Notes under the pieces: generated by a model
The model's input: only the letters and a program-made list of their open reading frames with translations
Databases searched by the model: none
Told to the model about the DNA's origin: nothing
Translations under genes and position numbers: made by a program
Source of the DNA: a virus
Virus record (IMG/VR): IMGVR_UViG_3300050821_002122
Location: 32,001 to 96,000 of that record
Direction: 5' to 3' (one strand)
Length of the DNA stretch: 64,000 nucleotides
Part shown: positions 18,764-28,024 of the stretch, piece by piece
Position numbering within the stretch: the stretch's first letter is position 1
Layout of the letters: every line of letters starts with the position of its first letter

Positions 18764-19635
18764 TGACTCTCATGCGGAAATACAGTAGGGGAGGTATATC
18801 CGTAACACCTCCACCGACCGACGGTGCATATGCGATATTCAAAGCTTCAAGTGGGCTAGCGTCCGCCAAATACATATTCAGCAGCAACTCGGTGAGTGCT
18901 GGACCTGCGCTTACGCAAACTAATACCATCTTGGCCGCAGCAAACACATCATTTGGTATATTTATGTGTTCAGGCAGTACGCTGTCATCCAAGATAGTGT
19001 TCACCACATCAACCGTCGTCAATGGTGCTTCACTGAATTTGGTTAGTGGTAGCGGTGGAGTAGGCGTTGGTAACCAAGACATTGGTTTGTTCTGCGGTAA
19101 CGTGACCGGCAATGCACCAACAGCGACCTACACGTATGCGAACGCGACGGTGGCACCTGGTACTTCACTTAATGCTAACATGGGTGGTGGTGTGGGTGTT
19201 GGTGATAGCACTCGGGCCATAGTCGCATTAGGTAGTGGGACAAGCGGTTCGACCAACACAGAGACCTATGCTTATTCGGATGGGTCTGTTGGCAATGGTA
19301 CGAGCCTGACAACCGATGTAAAGAATGGGGCATCTACGACCAACTCGACTTTTGGCCTCATCGCTGTTGGTGGTAGTGTGGCATCTAAAGTAACCGAGAA
19401 GTACACATTCGCCGACGATTCGGTCACCAGTGGGACACAATTGCTTGCCGCAACATCAACTCTCAAGGCAGCTGGTAATGGAGTGATGGGGATATTTGAG
19501 GTCTCCACGTCAGGTTTAACTAACGCCTATATTTATGCTGGAGATAGCGTGGTGACCGGTACCAACTTGGCGACCTCCATATCTGCAACCAACCCAGCGG
19601 CAGCCAGCAATGGTATCGCTGGTGTAACCACATAA
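18763..19635 (+). CDS. Six-repeat beta-propeller-like protein P1, putative fibre-tip adhesin
   Basis: Six ~43-aa repeats (GIF....T..Y.Y..D.V..G..L); TAATG coupling to fibre A1. Confidence 0.6.
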   Translation: MTLMRKYSRGGISVTPPPTDGAYAIFKASSGLASAKYIFSSNSVSAGPALTQTNTILAAANTSFGIFMCSGSTLSSKIVFTTSTVVNGASLNLVSGSGGVGVGNQDIGLFCGNVTGNAPTATYTYANATVAPGTSLNANMGGGVGVGDSTRAIVALGSGTSGSTNTETYAYSDGSVGNGTSLTTDVKNGASTTNSTFGLIAVGGSVASKVTEKYTFADDSVTSGTQLLAATSTLKAAGNGVMGIFEVSTSGLTNAYIYAGDSVVTGTNLATSISATNPAAASNGIAGVTT

Positions 19636-19644
19636 AGGATTATC

Positions 19645-21972
19645 ATGCAAGTAGCGCTCACAGACTACGCAATCGCATTGCTGCAGGCCTCCACAGGGCC
19701 GATCACCCTCGATAACTACAAGCTAGGCACTGGCGTCAACTATATACCGCAAGCCTCTGATACAGATATTCACGGCAGTCTGGTCTTTACCGGCACACCA
19801 TCTGCACCATCTAGTGCAAACGCCAACATCGTCAAGTACTCCGTCTACCTAGACTACAATACAGGCGACTTCAACTTTGGTGAGTTCGGTCTCTATATCG
19901 GCACTAATCTGTTTGCTCTGGGTGTGGCAACCGAACTGATTGCCAAGATCAAAATGGGTCTCTCGGCTGGTAATTCAATACGCCTCGACATTTATCTGTC
20001 TATGGTGGGTACGAACTACAACATGTGGTTCGATCTCGCTGAGTCGAATAATCAATTCCGAGTAGCTTCGATTCAGTCGCCTGATATGCTGCCCCCGTCG
20101 GCCGATGCGACACCCAACGTGTACATCATAGCTGGTGCAACAAGCCAACAAAGCCCTCTATTGGCCTACACTGATCGTCAAGGTCTGTGGAACTTCGATG
20201 TGTATCAGTATTCGTCGATCTTGTCAGCAACGGTCACTGGTTTCGATTCGCATTCAGTCACTATCAATATAACCGACTATTCCGATAGCATGGTGCCAGC
20301 GTATTTCGGTCAGCTCATTATCGAGTTCATCACCGGCCCCATCTATTCGATTTGCCGCTACATTAAAACCACCATCGTCAGCGGTACTTCAGTGACGTTG
20401 GGCTTCAATACCCCACTAGCCATAACGCCGGTTGTAGGTGATAAGTTCCAGATGTTCACGCGCTCTGTCGGCAGTATCGATCTGCAGGTTCCTATTGCTA
20501 CTGCATCCGTGCTGGGTGGCATCAAGATCGGTACTGGCCTCCAGATCACGCCTGACGGCACTTGCTCCATCGATGCACTGGCTCTTGGTCTGGTGACCTC
20601 AGTCAACGCGATGGTTGGTGATGTCGTCATCAATGCTACCAATCTGCCTGGTCTTTCGGCTGTTGGTAAAAGCGGTCTCTACAGTGATCTGATTGGGGCA
20701 CCAGGACCTTATACACTACCCGTGATGTCGCAGATCATACGCGGTGGTGCAAAATTACCGGCGAACGGCAATCTCGTCATTACTGGTACGGAGGTCCTTG
20801 ATTTGGGTTTTGCACCGGTCAAGAAGGTCAATGGCCTAAGTCCTGATTCGAGTGGTAATGTCGTTCTTGCTGCATCAGTCATTGGTCTTATCAATCCAAC
20901 TGCTATACCAACGTCTGCTGACCTTAATAATTACAAAACCACCGGCTTGTTCAACATCACTGCCGCTGTAAGTTCGACTCTGCTCGATGCGCCACCAATC
21001 GTAGGTTCTGATGCGACACTGGAGGTAGTGCCTCTGACTACTGGTGGTACTGGCGATTCAATCCAACGGTGGACGACTGCAACCGATCAATACTGGCGCA
21101 AGTCGACGGGTTCTAGTTGGAGTGCGTGGCAGCATGTAGGCACTGGCAACATAGCAACTACTTCGACGTTGGGTATCATCAAGGTCGGCAGTGGTCTAGC
21201 GGTAGCTGGTGACGGTACTCTGAGTGCCTCATTACCGATCGCCACAACGAGCGTCGCAGGTATAGTCAAAGCAGGTACTGGCCTCAGTGTGGCTGGTGAC
21301 GGAACGCTGACGATCAACATGAGTGCATTGGCTGTCGCTACTACCTCATCCGTTGGTGTGGTTAAGATCGGTACTGGTATATTGGTCGATGGTGCAGGCA
21401 CCATCAGTGCTGACTTCAGCGCCATTCCTGTGGCCTCTGCAACGGTATTGGGCTCCATCAAAGTCGGTAACGGTTTGGCGATCTCTAGTGGCGTGCTGTC
21501 GTCGAAAGTCTTGACCGTCAACAGTGCGCTACCTGACGGCAGTGGTAACATCACTGTACCATCGGATGCGACGAAATTGAATGTCACCAACGGCGTTGCT
21601 ACTGGTATTCGTATGACGTTCACGAATATTGGTACGATTGGTAGTGGTGGCACAGTCACCATGACTCAATCGGCAGCCAACGTACAGGCTGCTACCTTCA
21701 CAGGCGGCACAGTTACTTGGTCCATGGGTGGGTGGCCAGCAGCCAATACGTATGCTGAGGTCCAGATGCGTCTGGTCAATGCTGGGCTAGCAACTCATAC
21801 TTTCCCCTCTGGAGTGAATTGGGTTAATCCGGATGGAAGTTTGACCACAGTTTTCGCTACCTACATAGGCAACCAACGACCTGGGTTCACCAATTTTCAA
21901 TCGTCTGGTACTGACTTTGTGGTTTTCTGGACTGATAATGGCGGTACCACTATCTACGGTAAGGTGATGTGA
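19645..21972 (+). CDS. Tail fibre A2, paralog of A1
   Basis: Colinear with A1 over N-terminal ~500 aa, fewer shaft repeats, C-terminal WTDNGGTTIYGKVM. Confidence 0.8.
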   Translation: MQVALTDYAIALLQASTGPITLDNYKLGTGVNYIPQASDTDIHGSLVFTGTPSAPSSANANIVKYSVYLDYNTGDFNFGEFGLYIGTNLFALGVATELIAKIKMGLSAGNSIRLDIYLSMVGTNYNMWFDLAESNNQFRVASIQSPDMLPPSADATPNVYIIAGATSQQSPLLAYTDRQGLWNFDVYQYSSILSATVTGFDSHSVTINITDYSDSMVPAYFGQLIIEFITGPIYSICRYIKTTIVSGTSVTLGFNTPLAITPVVGDKFQMFTRSVGSIDLQVPIATASVLGGIKIGTGLQITPDGTCSIDALALGLVTSVNAMVGDVVINATNLPGLSAVGKSGLYSDLIGAPGPYTLPVMSQIIRGGAKLPANGNLVITGTEVLDLGFAPVKKVNGLSPDSSGNVVLAASVIGLINPTAIPTSADLNNYKTTGLFNITAAVSSTLLDAPPIVGSDATLEVVPLTTGGTGDSIQRWTTATDQYWRKSTGSSWSAWQHVGTGNIATTSTLGIIKVGSGLAVAGDGTLSASLPIATTSVAGIVKAGTGLSVAGDGTLTINMSALAVATTSSVGVVKIGTGILVDGAGTISADFSAIPVASATVLGSIKVGNGLAISSGVLSSKVLTVNSALPDGSGNITVPSDATKLNVTNGVATGIRMTFTNIGTIGSGGTVTMTQSAANVQAATFTGGTVTWSMGGWPAANTYAEVQMRLVNAGLATHTFPSGVNWVNPDGSLTTVFATYIGNQRPGFTNFQSSGTDFVVFWTDNGGTTIYGKVM
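20630..20688 (+). repeat. 59-nt exact direct repeat, copy 2
   Basis: Identical to 17196-17254. Confidence 0.9.
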
Positions 21973-22805
21973 TGCTAGCAAAAAAGTTCTTTGGTGCCTA
22001 CGTTCACGTAGCATATGGAACCACTGCTTATTTTATTGCAAGTGGATCAACTGGTATCGATAAATATGATTTTGCTACCGACTCCATCTCTTCTGGCGGA
22101 TCGCTGCTAGGTACTGGTAATGGAGGCGCAGCAGGTAATGGGATATTAAGTATATGGTGGCAAACTACGGGTTCTACCACCTCCAAATACAAGTATGCCA
22201 CGGATACGGTAGTCACCGCCACAAGTTCACCCATAACATCATCTAATGGTAGCGCCACTGGGAATGTCACACAGGGCATATTCACACGCGGTGGTGGTAC
22301 AGCTCTTACAGCACTCTATATTTATAACGCTGATACATTTGTGGCCGCAACATCCACGATCTTCAACGGCAACAACATGGCGGCTATTGGCAACTCCACT
22401 GTGGCAATACTAGCACAAGGTAATGCGACAACCAACACAAATAAATATACATACAGCAGTACCTCAATGGTGGCAGCTACTGCATTGGCCTCCAACGTAA
22501 ACAGCGCAGGTTCCATAACCAACGCTACTGAGGGTATTATCGCAACTGCTGGTTCCAGCGCTACAAATAAATATACATATAGTGGGGATACCACTTCTAC
22601 TGGTGGTAATCTCGTAGTACTTGGCTCCACTGCTGGCGCCGGGGCAGGAAGTGACACATTCGGAATTATTGCCCGAGGTGGTACTGGTTTGCAGGTAAAT
22701 AAATATACGTATGCCGGAGATGTTGTGACGGCAGGCGGTACCATTGTAGGAACTCTACAAGGGCACTGCGCCACGTCGAATGGAACTACGGGAGTGAACA
22801 TCTAG
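21972..22805 (+). CDS. Six-repeat beta-propeller-like protein P2
   Basis: Same repeat as P1; TGATG coupling to fibre A2 (alternative GTG start 21969). Confidence 0.6.
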   Translation: MLAKKFFGAYVHVAYGTTAYFIASGSTGIDKYDFATDSISSGGSLLGTGNGGAAGNGILSIWWQTTGSTTSKYKYATDTVVTATSSPITSSNGSATGNVTQGIFTRGGGTALTALYIYNADTFVAATSTIFNGNNMAAIGNSTVAILAQGNATTNTNKYTYSSTSMVAATALASNVNSAGSITNATEGIIATAGSSATNKYTYSGDTTSTGGNLVVLGSTAGAGAGSDTFGIIARGGTGLQVNKYTYAGDVVTAGGTIVGTLQGHCATSNGTTGVNI

Positions 22806-22831
22806 AAGAGGGTGGTCAGCCCTCTGGGGGA

Positions 22832-23689
22832 CTAGCGTTTGAAAAGACCTTTGGACTTCGGATAGAGGAATGCCTGCAGCTCGTACCACGCTCTGGGCAT
22901 ATCCTCTATCTGTTTCTTTTGTGGTCTAAGTTCATCGAGATCAGGTAGCGATATATCTGTCACCAGCTCTACCAGCTTGCGATTCAACTGCAATGCAACT
23001 TGATTGACGGTAAGCCAACGTCTATCTTCTTTAGTGCCTTTAGTGTACCACTGCTTGAAGGTACCCCACTTATTGACCGCTGCTTTTGCTTTACCAGGCG
23101 ACAAAAGCTCTGGTACATTATCAGTCGGATCACCCGTCAAGGTCTGGAACATGACCATACCTGAAATAGGTACCCCTTTCTTTTTCTCAGCTTTCGCAGC
23201 AGTCACCATAATCGGTGTAGGTTTTGCCGTCGAGTTGTAGGCACTCACGTTCTTGCGTAGACCTTGGTACGTATCCTTGTCTGCTGTACCGAAGATAACT
23301 ATGTGGTCATCGCCCCACTTGATGCCTGCTGAGGTTAAACAGTCGTCGGCTTCGTGCTTTGCTGATTGCCGGAACGCTATACCGCAGTCAGCGAGCAACT
23401 TTCGTACCTGCGGAAGATATTGGTAAAGGTCTTTACCACCTTCGTCTTCTGAATCACCGACATCCTTCTCTCGTCGGTTAGCCTTATACTCTGGGTACAG
23501 CTTGTAGCGGAATACTTGTGGTCCATCGAAGCACACAAGTACGTGAGTGGCCCTTACCGCGCAGGCATCCTTGCATACCAAGCCTAGAAAATTTAGGGGC
23601 AGCACATCACCAATCGGACGGGATGTCTTGAGAGTAAAAAAGCACCTATGTAAGTACCAGTTACCGTCAACCACAAAAATTCTATTCAT
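22832..23689 (-). CDS. 5'-3' exonuclease / flap endonuclease (PolA-N, T4 RNase H-like)
   Basis: VVDGN, FDG, RYKLYPEYKANR, EADD, TADKD, LTGDPTDNV. Confidence 0.9.
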   Translation of the reverse strand: MNRIFVVDGNWYLHRCFFTLKTSRPIGDVLPLNFLGLVCKDACAVRATHVLVCFDGPQVFRYKLYPEYKANRREKDVGDSEDEGGKDLYQYLPQVRKLLADCGIAFRQSAKHEADDCLTSAGIKWGDDHIVIFGTADKDTYQGLRKNVSAYNSTAKPTPIMVTAAKAEKKKGVPISGMVMFQTLTGDPTDNVPELLSPGKAKAAVNKWGTFKQWYTKGTKEDRRWLTVNQVALQLNRKLVELVTDISLPDLDELRPQKKQIEDMPRAWYELQAFLYPKSKGLFKR

Positions 23690-23952
23690 TGCATTTCCTC
23701 TACGCAGGGAGTATCACAGCCGAGTACAAGCGACCACCGTGTGGGCTGTACGTCTGTGACTTCGTATTCTATATTGAGGTCCATGTCGCTATACTTCAGG
23801 TTGATAGGGATGCCGAGTGATTTGGTCAAATGTGCCATCGCATCACCTAGCGAGCGTTCGTTCTCGATCTGATGCATTAGGTAGTGAGTCACCATATCGA
23901 TGTTACCAATAGCCAAGTAGGCTGATGGTTGGATGAAGATGCCGCAGAACAT
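23686..23952 (-). CDS. Hypothetical protein
   Basis: 88 aa, AAGGAG RBS, ATGA coupling to exonuclease. Confidence 0.65.
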   Translation of the reverse strand: MFCGIFIQPSAYLAIGNIDMVTHYLMHQIENERSLGDAMAHLTKSLGIPINLKYSDMDLNIEYEVTDVQPTRWSLVLGCDTPCVEEMQ

Positions 23953-23970
23953 AGAATTCTCCTTTCGCTC

Positions 23971-23990
23971 TATTTACTGTCTCAATTTTA
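23971..23990. promoter_or_regulatory. Back-to-back class A (- strand, 23971-23980) and class B (+ strand, 23983-23990) motifs
   Basis: TATTTACTGT-ct-CAATTTTA in the 62-nt divergent gap. Confidence 0.6.
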
Positions 23991-24014
23991 TCTTATTTAC
24001 AAAAGGAGACTCTT

Positions 24015-24338
24015 GTGGACCTGCAAAACCCATTCGGGTATCCCATCAAACAATACGTCACAGTGCTGATTGTTGCTTGCGCTGGCGGGCTGGTCAAACA
24101 CATCAACTCCGCTAAACGAATCAGTGTAGCGAAGTTCGTGGTGGACATTATTACCTCAGGCTTCACAGGGGTATTGACTTTTTGGGTGTGCGAATCTGCA
24201 AACATACACGGCCCCATGAGTGCGATACTTATCGCAACTGGCGGACTTATGGGAAACAAAGCGTTTAAGGAATTCGAGGCCATTCTCAAAGCAAAACTGG
24301 GCATCGCCTCGACAGACAAAAAAGAGGCAAACAAATGA
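24015..24338 (+). CDS. Holin (LydA-like)
   Basis: 107 aa, 2-3 hydrophobic segments, GGLV and GGLMG motifs, basic tail, GTG start with AAGGAG, upstream of endolysin. Confidence 0.75.
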   Translation: MDLQNPFGYPIKQYVTVLIVACAGGLVKHINSAKRISVAKFVVDIITSGFTGVLTFWVCESANIHGPMSAILIATGGLMGNKAFKEFEAILKAKLGIASTDKKEANK

Positions 24339-24778
24339 ACGTTGCTATTCTGGGTCTTTCTAAAATTAAGATGTGGGTGGATGCAGTGTGGAGTGTATCC
24401 GCCTTAGTGTGCGTACCAGGCCTTATTTTGACAGGAGGGTTCTGGCTGGCTGGCGGGGGTAGCGGAGGGTCGATCATAGGTCGGCTCTCCGAAATTCACA
24501 TAAGCCATCAGCATCCCCAATCAGCAGTGAGGGATTTTAGCATCGAGACTGAAGGTGCAGTCGTCTACAAAATGCGTCTTGTTGATGTAAGCGGCATGAC
24601 CGTCTACTCGTATCCAGAAGTAATCACCAATAGCAAAGAATTCGGCAATCTGGTTGTTAAGATGCCGCAGATTAAAGGAGGCACTTATGACCTCTACGCG
24701 GATATCACATACGCAAAAAACCCGATCAGAACTAACACGGTTGCAGTTAAAATGGCTCGTGTCAACGTTGGAGAATAA
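24335..24778 (+). CDS. Membrane-anchored beta-sandwich protein L1 (lysis cassette)
   Basis: N-terminal TM segment; C-terminal GTYDLYADITYAKNPIR. Confidence 0.6.
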   Translation: MNVAILGLSKIKMWVDAVWSVSALVCVPGLILTGGFWLAGGGSGGSIIGRLSEIHISHQHPQSAVRDFSIETEGAVVYKMRLVDVSGMTVYSYPEVITNSKEFGNLVVKMPQIKGGTYDLYADITYAKNPIRTNTVAVKMARVNVGE

Positions 24779-24779
24779 A

Positions 24780-25187
24780 ATGCTTAGGTCCCTCATCGCA
24801 GCTTGCGTTGTAGGCGCGGGGATCGGAGTCGGCTCGGTACCGGCCTATTGGTCCATACAGCCTGACCTAGAATTCGACAGGCCTGTAGTGAATTATGTGG
24901 AACAGACACAGGGTCAATCTGTGGCCATGTCAGTACCCGTAAAAATCTATGAGCAAGCAGGCGACTTCACCCTGCGAGTCTCGATAGTGGACGACCAGAA
25001 ACACGTCGTTCGTAGCTTCAACAGTGAGACCATCACTTCTGATTCTACGTACCAGGTACTGACTGGGGCACAACTTCCTGTTGGTACCTACTATGTGTAT
25101 GTGGTTGTCGCCTATAGGCTAAATCCTATCCGCGATAGTAACCAAACGTTTCAAATAGCTGTTCTTAAAGTGAAAGGAAATCAATGA
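24780..25187 (+). CDS. Membrane-anchored/exported beta-sandwich protein L2, paralog of L1
   Basis: Start reassigned to ATG 24780; hydrophobic N-terminus; GTYYVYVVVAYRLNPIR. Confidence 0.6.
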   Translation: MLRSLIAACVVGAGIGVGSVPAYWSIQPDLEFDRPVVNYVEQTQGQSVAMSVPVKIYEQAGDFTLRVSIVDDQKHVVRSFNSETITSDSTYQVLTGAQLPVGTYYVYVVVAYRLNPIRDSNQTFQIAVLKVKGNQ

Positions 25188-25813
25188 TTACCATTGACCA
25201 GCTCAACAAGTTCTGTCAGCCAAAAGACCCGCAGGGGTTATTGATGGCTCTCATCGCAACCATGAACAAGCGAGAGATCAACACACCGCGACGTATTCGG
25301 TACTTCATGGCCCAGGCTTACCACGAATCGCAGGGCTTCTTGCAGTTCGAGGAAGACCTCTACTACGCTGATCCGAATCGGCTGGTCGCTGTTTGGCCAA
25401 CGCATTTCTCGATGCAACAAGACGCTGCATCGAAAGGCTATGCACCTGACTATGTGCGTAATTCACAAAAGCTGGGTTCATTCATCTACGCTAGTAAGTA
25501 CGGCAATGGTGACGAACAATCTGGCGATGGCTATGCGTTCAGAGGTCAAGGTGCATTCGGGCTTACGTTCCATGACAATTACCAAGCGTGTTCACAAGAT
25601 ACGTACGGTGACGATCGGTTGATTCAGAATCCAGCGCTAGTAGCTCAGATGCCTGGGGCCATAGATTCAGCTGGTTGGTTCTGGGCGAAGCACAACCTGA
25701 ATGTTCTCGCCGATTCAGACAGCCTGACGGATATGACCCGCGTCATCAACGGAAGCATAGTAACGGTACCACAGCGTCTTCAGGTGTTGAACAAAGCCAA
25801 CGCCATTTTCTGA
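25184..25813 (+). CDS. Endolysin, glycoside hydrolase family 19
   Basis: FMAQAYHES, GNGDEQSGDGYAFRG, DNY, SAGWFW, MTRVING. Confidence 0.88.
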   Translation: MITIDQLNKFCQPKDPQGLLMALIATMNKREINTPRRIRYFMAQAYHESQGFLQFEEDLYYADPNRLVAVWPTHFSMQQDAASKGYAPDYVRNSQKLGSFIYASKYGNGDEQSGDGYAFRGQGAFGLTFHDNYQACSQDTYGDDRLIQNPALVAQMPGAIDSAGWFWAKHNLNVLADSDSLTDMTRVINGSIVTVPQRLQVLNKANAIF

Positions 25814-25823
25814 GGAGACGACT

Positions 25824-26570
25824 ATGGGTACAGAATCAACATTCTACTACCCGGTTGACCTTCACAAAGACTCTGGAGTCGTAGCCGCCTTAGCACCACT
25901 GTTGTATAAACTGCCTCTGCAAGCACAAGAGGAAGAAGTGGCGGTTTTGGCTTTAGGAGTTGGTAACCTCTTGCAGGGGTTTTACGTGTACGATAACAAT
26001 CGATGGAAATTCGCTGTGCCAATGCAGCCTATTTCCGTATCTACCATAACAGGTGGTGCGATTGATATTTATGCGAACCCGAGTGCGGATGTAGTCGTGG
26101 ACACATCCGCGACCATTTACCGGAATGGCCAAGTAGTATCAGGCAACGTGGTAAATGCAGGTCCAGCGCTGTATGCTGTTCTGACACCCGGAGCAAACAT
26201 TCCTCCGAAACCGCCTGGTCCTGACTTTTTGGCCTACACCGCAGTCACTGATGTTAGTGGTCACCGTGTAATGAAGATCGCAATAGGAGGTGTCACCTAC
26301 GCGTCTTCGGATAACCTTCTTGATACCAATTTAGTTCTTGGTATCAGTATGGGTGCTGCTGTGGCCGGAGCAACAGTAGATGTGCAACTGAATGGTGTAT
26401 TAACTGAGCCAAGCTGGAGCTGGATACCGGGCCTCCCAGTGTTCTGCGGCGTTGATGGATTCATCACACAAGTTGCACCAACTGCTGGGTTTGTAATCAT
26501 AGTAGGTCAAGTAATATCACCGCAATCAATCGTCGTAACCATTAAAACCCCTATCATCGTCGGAGATTAA
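25824..26570 (+). CDS. Virion protein: shared N-terminal module plus cement/decoration-like C-terminus
   Basis: First ~125 aa align by eye with N-termini of 28025 and 34121; C-terminal LGISMGAAVAGATVDVQLNG...GLPVFCGVDGFITQ. Confidence 0.55.
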   Translation: MGTESTFYYPVDLHKDSGVVAALAPLLYKLPLQAQEEEVAVLALGVGNLLQGFYVYDNNRWKFAVPMQPISVSTITGGAIDIYANPSADVVVDTSATIYRNGQVVSGNVVNAGPALYAVLTPGANIPPKPPGPDFLAYTAVTDVSGHRVMKIAIGGVTYASSDNLLDTNLVLGISMGAAVAGATVDVQLNGVLTEPSWSWIPGLPVFCGVDGFITQVAPTAGFVIIVGQVISPQSIVVTIKTPIIVGD

Positions 26571-26574
26571 AACC

Positions 26575-27183
26575 ATGGGCACTCTGTCTAGCAAGAAGTT
26601 TCTCAAGAACGTAACTGGTACCATCACTGAAGAGGCAGCGCTGCTCACCAGTGCTGGCGCGGCGGATGCTAACAAGCTCCCTGCACTGGGTGCGACTGGT
26701 GTACTGGACATCACGATCCTGAACGGTATTGTGGTCTCGACCGGTCCTACCAATGCTGGTCAGACTCCGATTTTGGATTCGACTGGTCGTCTGGACGTTT
26801 CGGTGATGCCAGTTGGTATCGTACCAGAAACCTCCTCGATCATCGCATCCGAAGCATTGGCTGCTGGCGATCTGGTCAATGTGTGGAACAACTCTGGTGT
26901 CGCCAATGCTCGCAAAGCTGACGGCTCGACCAGCGGTAAAGAATGCCACGGCTTCGTGCTGTCGGCGTTCAGTGCCTCGGCAACTGCACTAGTCTACTTC
27001 GAGGGCAGCAACACTCAAGTCAGCGGCTTGACACCAGGTCTGCAATTCCTGAGCGGTACGGCTGCTGGTAAGTCGAGCACCACGGCAGCTAGTGCAAGTG
27101 GCAGCACTGTTCAACGAGTAGGTCTCGCCACGACAGCGACCAACCTGGTGTTCCAAGCGGAACAGCCAATCGTCTTGGCATAA
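26575..27183 (+). CDS. Putative capsid decoration/cement-like protein
   Basis: ASEALAAGDLVNV...KADG...HGFV...VYFEG..GLTPG..FLS pattern typical of small phage decoration domains. Confidence 0.5.
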   Translation: MGTLSSKKFLKNVTGTITEEAALLTSAGAADANKLPALGATGVLDITILNGIVVSTGPTNAGQTPILDSTGRLDVSVMPVGIVPETSSIIASEALAAGDLVNVWNNSGVANARKADGSTSGKECHGFVLSAFSASATALVYFEGSNTQVSGLTPGLQFLSGTAAGKSSTTAASASGSTVQRVGLATTATNLVFQAEQPIVLA

Positions 27184-27240
27184 CTATTAGAATCGAAAAA
27201 ATAAAGCACCCTTCTCACTTCTCTAAAATAAAGTGATAAT

Positions 27241-27612
27241 ATGGCCTCTCAACGCCCCCTCCTAAACGTCGCAGGGGTTACTAAAGAGGCTGCCACTACA
27301 GATTTTGTGATTCACGGAATGGAGATAAATCTCTCCACTACCGTTATTACGACTGCTAACGTGGCGGCAGTAACGCTTTCAACCCGCCGTACTATCCTAA
27401 CTGGTAGCGCTGGTTTGTCTTTGGCCATAACCTTGCCTGCAGCTTCTGCCTCTATGGACGGTGCGTTGATGACGTTAATGGTAACCAATGGTAGGTTAAC
27501 AGGAACATGGACGTCCAGTGGTGCGTCAACCACTGGTATTCCGAACCCAGGATCGAATACGCCGGTAACGGTGATATACAACCATGCGAACCTTGCGTGG
27601 TATGTGACTTAA
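27241..27612 (+). CDS. Short fibre-knob-like protein, paralog of 27638
   Basis: MA..RP..NVAG.T.E..TTD start; TLPAA...DG.LM; ends WYVT. Confidence 0.6.
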   Translation: MASQRPLLNVAGVTKEAATTDFVIHGMEINLSTTVITTANVAAVTLSTRRTILTGSAGLSLAITLPAASASMDGALMTLMVTNGRLTGTWTSSGASTTGIPNPGSNTPVTVIYNHANLAWYVT

Positions 27613-27637
27613 TGGGTCACATTCTTCAGGAAATATT

Positions 27638-28012
27638 ATGGCAACCATAAGACCGATAGGCAACGTAGCAGGAATAACGCGAGAGATACAGACCACGGAT
27701 ATCATGCTCCATGGTATGGAGGCAGACACCTCCAAAACAATAACGGCAACCAATGGGTTGACCGCTGTAACACTGACCACACGTAGGACAATACTGACAG
27801 GCACTGCAGGTACGTCGTGTGTAGTAACACTACCTGCGGCTGCTTCCGCCGTAGATGGGCAACTGATGAGCGTCATGTCCACAACCGGGCGTGCGCTAGT
27901 AAGTTGGTCTAGCACGGGTGCATCAGTTACCGGGCTTCCAACCAGCATGACCGCAAACACTGCAATAAATCTGATTTACGACACAGCATCGCTGCGCTGG
28001 TTTGTCACTTAA
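27638..28012 (+). CDS. Short fibre-knob-like protein, paralog of 27241
   Basis: Colinear with 27241; ends WFVT. Confidence 0.6.
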   Translation: MATIRPIGNVAGITREIQTTDIMLHGMEADTSKTITATNGLTAVTLTTRRTILTGTAGTSCVVTLPAAASAVDGQLMSVMSTTGRALVSWSSTGASVTGLPTSMTANTAINLIYDTASLRWFVT

Positions 28013-28024
28013 AATGGAAAGAAC

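Noticed and set aside
24780-24806. Lipobox-like IAAC in L2 suggesting an o-spanin
   Set aside because: Cys is residue 9, too early for a signal peptidase II leader, and the upstream in-frame sequence is not hydrophobic
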